Source of the DNA: Heterodontus francisci
Lineage: Eukaryota
Assembly: GCF_036365525.1 (NCBI RefSeq)
Contig: NC_090399.1
Coordinates: 32,892,430 to 32,956,429 of the forward strand
DNA length: 64,000 nt
Reading direction: 5' to 3'
Made by a program: the position numbers and the translations under genes
The notes under the pieces: model-generated
What the model was told of the DNA's origin: nothing
The model's input: only the letters and a program-made list of their open reading frames with translations
Database searches by the model: none
In this document: positions 60,101 through 64,000 of the stretch, one piece after another
Position numbering within the stretch: the first letter of the stretch is position 1
Layout of the letters: each line of letters starts with the position of its first letter

Positions 60101-63100
60101 CGATGGGGGGGTCAGTGCTGCACGATGTGGGGGTCAGTGCTGCAAGGTGGGAGGGTCAGTACTGCACGATGGGGGGGGTCAATGCTGCACGATGGGGGGG
60201 GGGTTCAGTGCTGCACGATGTGGGGTTCAGTGCTGCACAATGGGGGGGGTCAGTGCTGCACGATGGGGGGGGGTCAGTCCTGAAAGGTGGGAAGGTCAGT
60301 GCTGCACGCTGTCAGGGTCAGTGCTGCACGATGTGGGAGGGTCAGTGCTGCACGATGTGAGGGTCAGTGCTGCACGATGTGAGGGTCAGTGCGGCAAGGT
60401 GGGAGGGTCAGTGCTGCACGATGGGGGGCTCAGTGCTGCAAGGTGGGAGGGTCAGTGCTGCAAGGTGGGAGGATCAGTGCTGCACGATGTTGGGGTCAGT
60501 GCTGCAAGGTGGGATGGTCAGGACTGCACGATGGGGGGGTCAGTGCTGCACGATGGGGGTTAGTGCTGCAAGGTGGGAGGGTCAGTACTGCACGATGGGG
60601 GGGTCAGTGCTGCACGATGTGGGGGTCAGTGCTGCAAGGTGGGAGGGTCAGTACTGCACGATGTGGGGGTCAGTGCTGCAAGGTGGGAGGGTCAGAGCTG
60701 CACGATGGGGGGGTCAGTGCTGCACGATGTGAGGGTCAGTGCGGCAAGGTGGGGGGGTCAGTGCTGCACGATGTGGGGTTCAGTGCTGCACGATGTGGGG
60801 GTCAGTGCTGCACGATGGAGGGTCAGAGCTGCACGATGTGAGGGTCAGTGCTGCACGATGGAGGGTCAGAGCTGCACGATGTGAGGGTCAGTGCTGCACG
60901 GTGGGAGGGTCAGTGCTGCACGGTGGGAGGGTCAGTGTTGCCCGATGGGGGGTCAGTGTTGCAAGGTGGGAGGGTCAGTGCTGCACGATGCGGGGGGTCA
61001 GTGCTGCACGATGCGGGGGGTCAATGCTGCACGATGCGGGGGGTCAGTGCTGCACGATGGCGGGGGTCAGTGCTGCACGATGGCGGGATCAGTGCTGCAC
61101 GGTGGGAGGGTCAGTGCTGCACGATGGGGAGGGACAGTGCTGCACGATGGGGAGGGACAGTGCTGCACGATGTGAGGGTCGGTGCTGCACGGTGGGAGGG
61201 TCAGTGCTGCACGGTGGGAGGGTCAGTGTTGCAAGGTGGGAGGGTCAGTGCTGCACGATGTGGGGGGTCAGTGCTGCACGATGTGGGGGGTCAGTGCTGC
61301 ACGATGGCGGGGGTCAGTGCTGCACGATGGGGGGGGTCAGTGCTGCACGATGGCGGGGGTCAGTGCTGCACGATGGCGGGGGTCAGTGCTGCACGATGTG
61401 GGGGGTCAGTGCTGCACGATGTGGGGGGTCAGTGCTGCACGATGGCGGGGGTCAGTGCTGCACGGTGGGGGGGTCAGTGCTGCAAGGTGGGGGGGTCAGT
61501 GCTGCACGATAGGGGGGTCAGTGCTGCAAGGTGGGAGGGTCAGTGCTGCACGATGTGAGGGTCAGTGCTGCAAGGTGGGAGGGTCAGTGCTGCACGATGG
61601 GGGGGGGTCAGTGCTGAAATGTGGGCAGGTCAGTGCTGCACGATGGGGGGGGTCAGTGCTGAAAGGTGGGAGGGTCAGCGCTGCTCAGTTGGAGGGACAG
61701 CACTGCACGATGCGAGGGTCAGCGCTGCACGATGGAGGGTCAGTGCTGCAAGGTGGGGGGGTCAGTGCTGCAAGGTGGGAGGGTCAGTGCTGCACGGTGG
61801 GAGGGTCAGTGCTGCACGGTGGGAGGGTCAGTGCTGCCCGATGGGGTAGTCAGTGCTGAAAGGTGGGAGGGTCAGTGCTGCACGATGGAGGGTCAGTGCT
61901 GCACGGTGGGAGGGTCAGTGTTGCACGATGGGGGGGGTCAGTGCTGCACGATGGGGGGGGTCAGTGCTGCACGATGGGGGGGGTCAGTGCTGCACGATGT
62001 GGGGTTCAGTGCTGCACGCTGTGAGGGTCAGTGCTGCACGCTGTGAGGGTCAGTGCTGCACGATGGAGGGTCAGTGCTGCAAGGTGGGAGGGTCAGTGTT
62101 GCACGATGGTGGGGGTCAGTGCTGCAAGGTGGGAGGGTCAGTGCTGCAAGGTGGGAGGGTCAGTGCTGCACGATGGGGGGGGTCAGTGCTGCACGATGGG
62201 GGGGGTCAGTGCTGCACGATGTGGGGTTCAGTGCTGCACAATGAGGGGTCAGTGCTGCACGATGTGAGGGTCAGTGCTGCACGATGGGGTAGTCAGTGCT
62301 GAAAGGTGGGAGGGTCAGTGCTGCACGATGTGAGGGTCAGTGCTGCACGATGTGAGGGTCAGTGCTGCACGATGGAGGGTCAGAGCTGCACGATGTGAGG
62401 GTCAGTGCTGCACGGTGGGAGGGTCAGTGCTGCACGGTGGGAGGGTCAGTGCTGCCCGATGGGGGGTCAGTGTTGCAAGGTGGGAGGGTCAGTGCTGCAC
62501 GATGCGGGGGGTCAGTGCTGCACGATGCGGGGGGTCAATGCTGCACGATGCGGGGGGTCAGTGCTGCACGATGGCGGGGGTCAGTGCTGCACGGTGGGAG
62601 GGTCAGTGCTGCACGATGGGGAGGGACAGTGCTGCACGATGGGGGGGTCAGTGCTGCACGGTGGGAGGTTCAGTGCTGCACGGTGGGAGGGTCAGTGCTG
62701 CACGGTGGGAGGGTCAGTGTTGCAAGGTGGGAGGGTCAGTGCTGCACGATGTGGGGGGTCAGTGCTGCACGATGGCGGGGGTCAGTGCTGCACGATGTGG
62801 GGGGTCAGTGCTGCACGATGGCGGGGGTCAGTGCTGCACGATGTGGGGGGTCAGTGCTGCACGATGTGGGGGGGTCAGTGCTGCACGATAGGGGGGTCAG
62901 TGCTGCAAGGTGGGAGGGTCAGTGCTGCACGATGTGAGGGTCAGTGCTGCAAGGTGGGAGGGTCAGTGCAGCACGATGGGGGGTCAGTGCTGAAATGTGG
63001 GAAGGTCAGTGCTGCACGATGGGGGGGGGGGGGTCAGTGCTGAAAGGTGGGAAGGTCAGCGCTGCACAGTTGGAGGGACAGCACTGCACGATGTGAGGGT

Positions 63101-64000
63101 CAGTGCTGCACAATGGAGGGTCAGTGCTGCACGATGGGGGGGTCAGTGCTGTAAGGTGGGAGGGTCAGTGCTGCACGATGTGGGGGTCAGTGCTGTAAGG
63201 TGGGAGGGTCAGTGCTGCACGATGGGGGGGTCAGTCCTGCAAGGTGGGAGGGTCAGTCCTGCAAGGTGGGAGGGTCAGTGCTGCACGATGGGGGGGTCAG
63301 TGCTGCACGATGGGTGGGTCAGTGCTGAAAGGTGGGAGGGTCAGCACTGCACGATGGGGGGGTCAGTGCTGCAAGGTGGGAGGGTCAGTGCTGCACGATG
63401 GAGGGTCAGTGCTGCACAATGGGGGTGTCAGAGCTGCACGATGTGAGGGTCAGCGCTGCACGATGGGGGGGGTCTGTGCTGCAAGGTCGGAGGGTCAGTG
63501 CTGCACGATGGTGGGGTCAGTGCTGCAAGGTGGGAGGGTCAGTGCTGCACGATGGTGGGGTCAGTGCTGCACGATGTTGGGGTCAGTGCTGCAAGGTGGG
63601 AGGGTCAGTGCTGCACGATGGGGGGCTCAGTGCTGCAAGGTGGGAGGGTCAGTGCTGCAAGGTGGGAGGGTCAGTGCTGCAAGGTGGGAGGGTCAGTGCT
63701 GCACGATGTTGGGGTCAGTGCTGCACGATGTTGGGGTCAGTGCTGCAAGGTGGGAGGGTCAGTGCTGCACGATGTTGGGGTCAGTGCTGCAAGGTGGGAG
63801 GGTCAGTGCTGCACGAAGGGGGGTTCAGTGCTGAAAGGTGGGAGGGTCAGCGCTGCACTGTGGGAGGGACAGCACTGCACGATGTGAGGGTCAGTGCTGC
63901 ACAATGGAGGGTCAGTGCTTCACGATGTGAGGGTCAGTGCTGCACGATGGGGGGGTCAGTGCTGCACGATGGGGGGTCAGTGCTGCACGATGGGGGGTCA
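9168..64000 (+). repeat. 22-bp G-rich satellite array, >54.8 kb, running off the window end
   Basis: Continuous head-to-tail units GGGTCAG(T/C)GCTG(CAC/CAA/AAA)G(A/G)TG(T/G)G(A/G), e.g. gagggtcagtgctgcacgatgt and gagggtcagtgctgcaaggtgg. Roughly 2,500 units in one orientation, with no interruption seen. Confidence 0.99.

Noticed and set aside
9260-63887. Hundreds of + strand ORFs (GGSVLHD / VSAARW / GQCCTM), up to 564 aa and Cys/Gly-rich
   Set aside because: A 22-bp unit cycles through all three frames, so the same peptides appear in every frame. Stops fall wherever tgtga/ctga variants land. There is no preferred frame or exon structure.
9168-64000. CRISPR-like array (constant core plus variable segment)
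   Set aside because: The variable parts are ~10-bp variants of one motif, not unique spacers. The context is vertebrate and has no cas genes.

Overview
Vertebrate genomic DNA, very likely from a cartilaginous fish (shark-like), judged from the class I peptide and the repeat content. The first ~8.5 kb holds the 3' part of a + strand MHC class I heavy-chain gene: alpha2 (1718-1990), alpha3 (3814-4077), transmembrane (6254-6361), two cytoplasmic exons (7239-7271; 7576-7623, stop at 7620-7622) and a probable 3'UTR exon ending near AATAAA at 8465. The five coding exons splice in phase 1 with GT-AG into one open frame. Leader and alpha1 exons are not in the window. The alpha2 peptide C-terminal anchors T143 and K146 are both replaced by Ile, which suggests a nonclassical class I. 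The introns contain nested mobile elements (an 8-bp-TSD hAT-type MITE, a 5'-truncated CR1 LINE, three LTR-like elements) and G-rich minisatellites. From ~9168 to the end of the window (>54.8 kb, roughly 2,500 units) runs an uninterrupted G-rich 22-bp satellite. It starts directly after a tRNA-SINE-like head and shows multi-kb higher-order duplications and CpG-decay variants. The hundreds of ORFs in the array are artefacts of the repeat. Repeat-family assignments are from recall of consensus sequences, not from a search.
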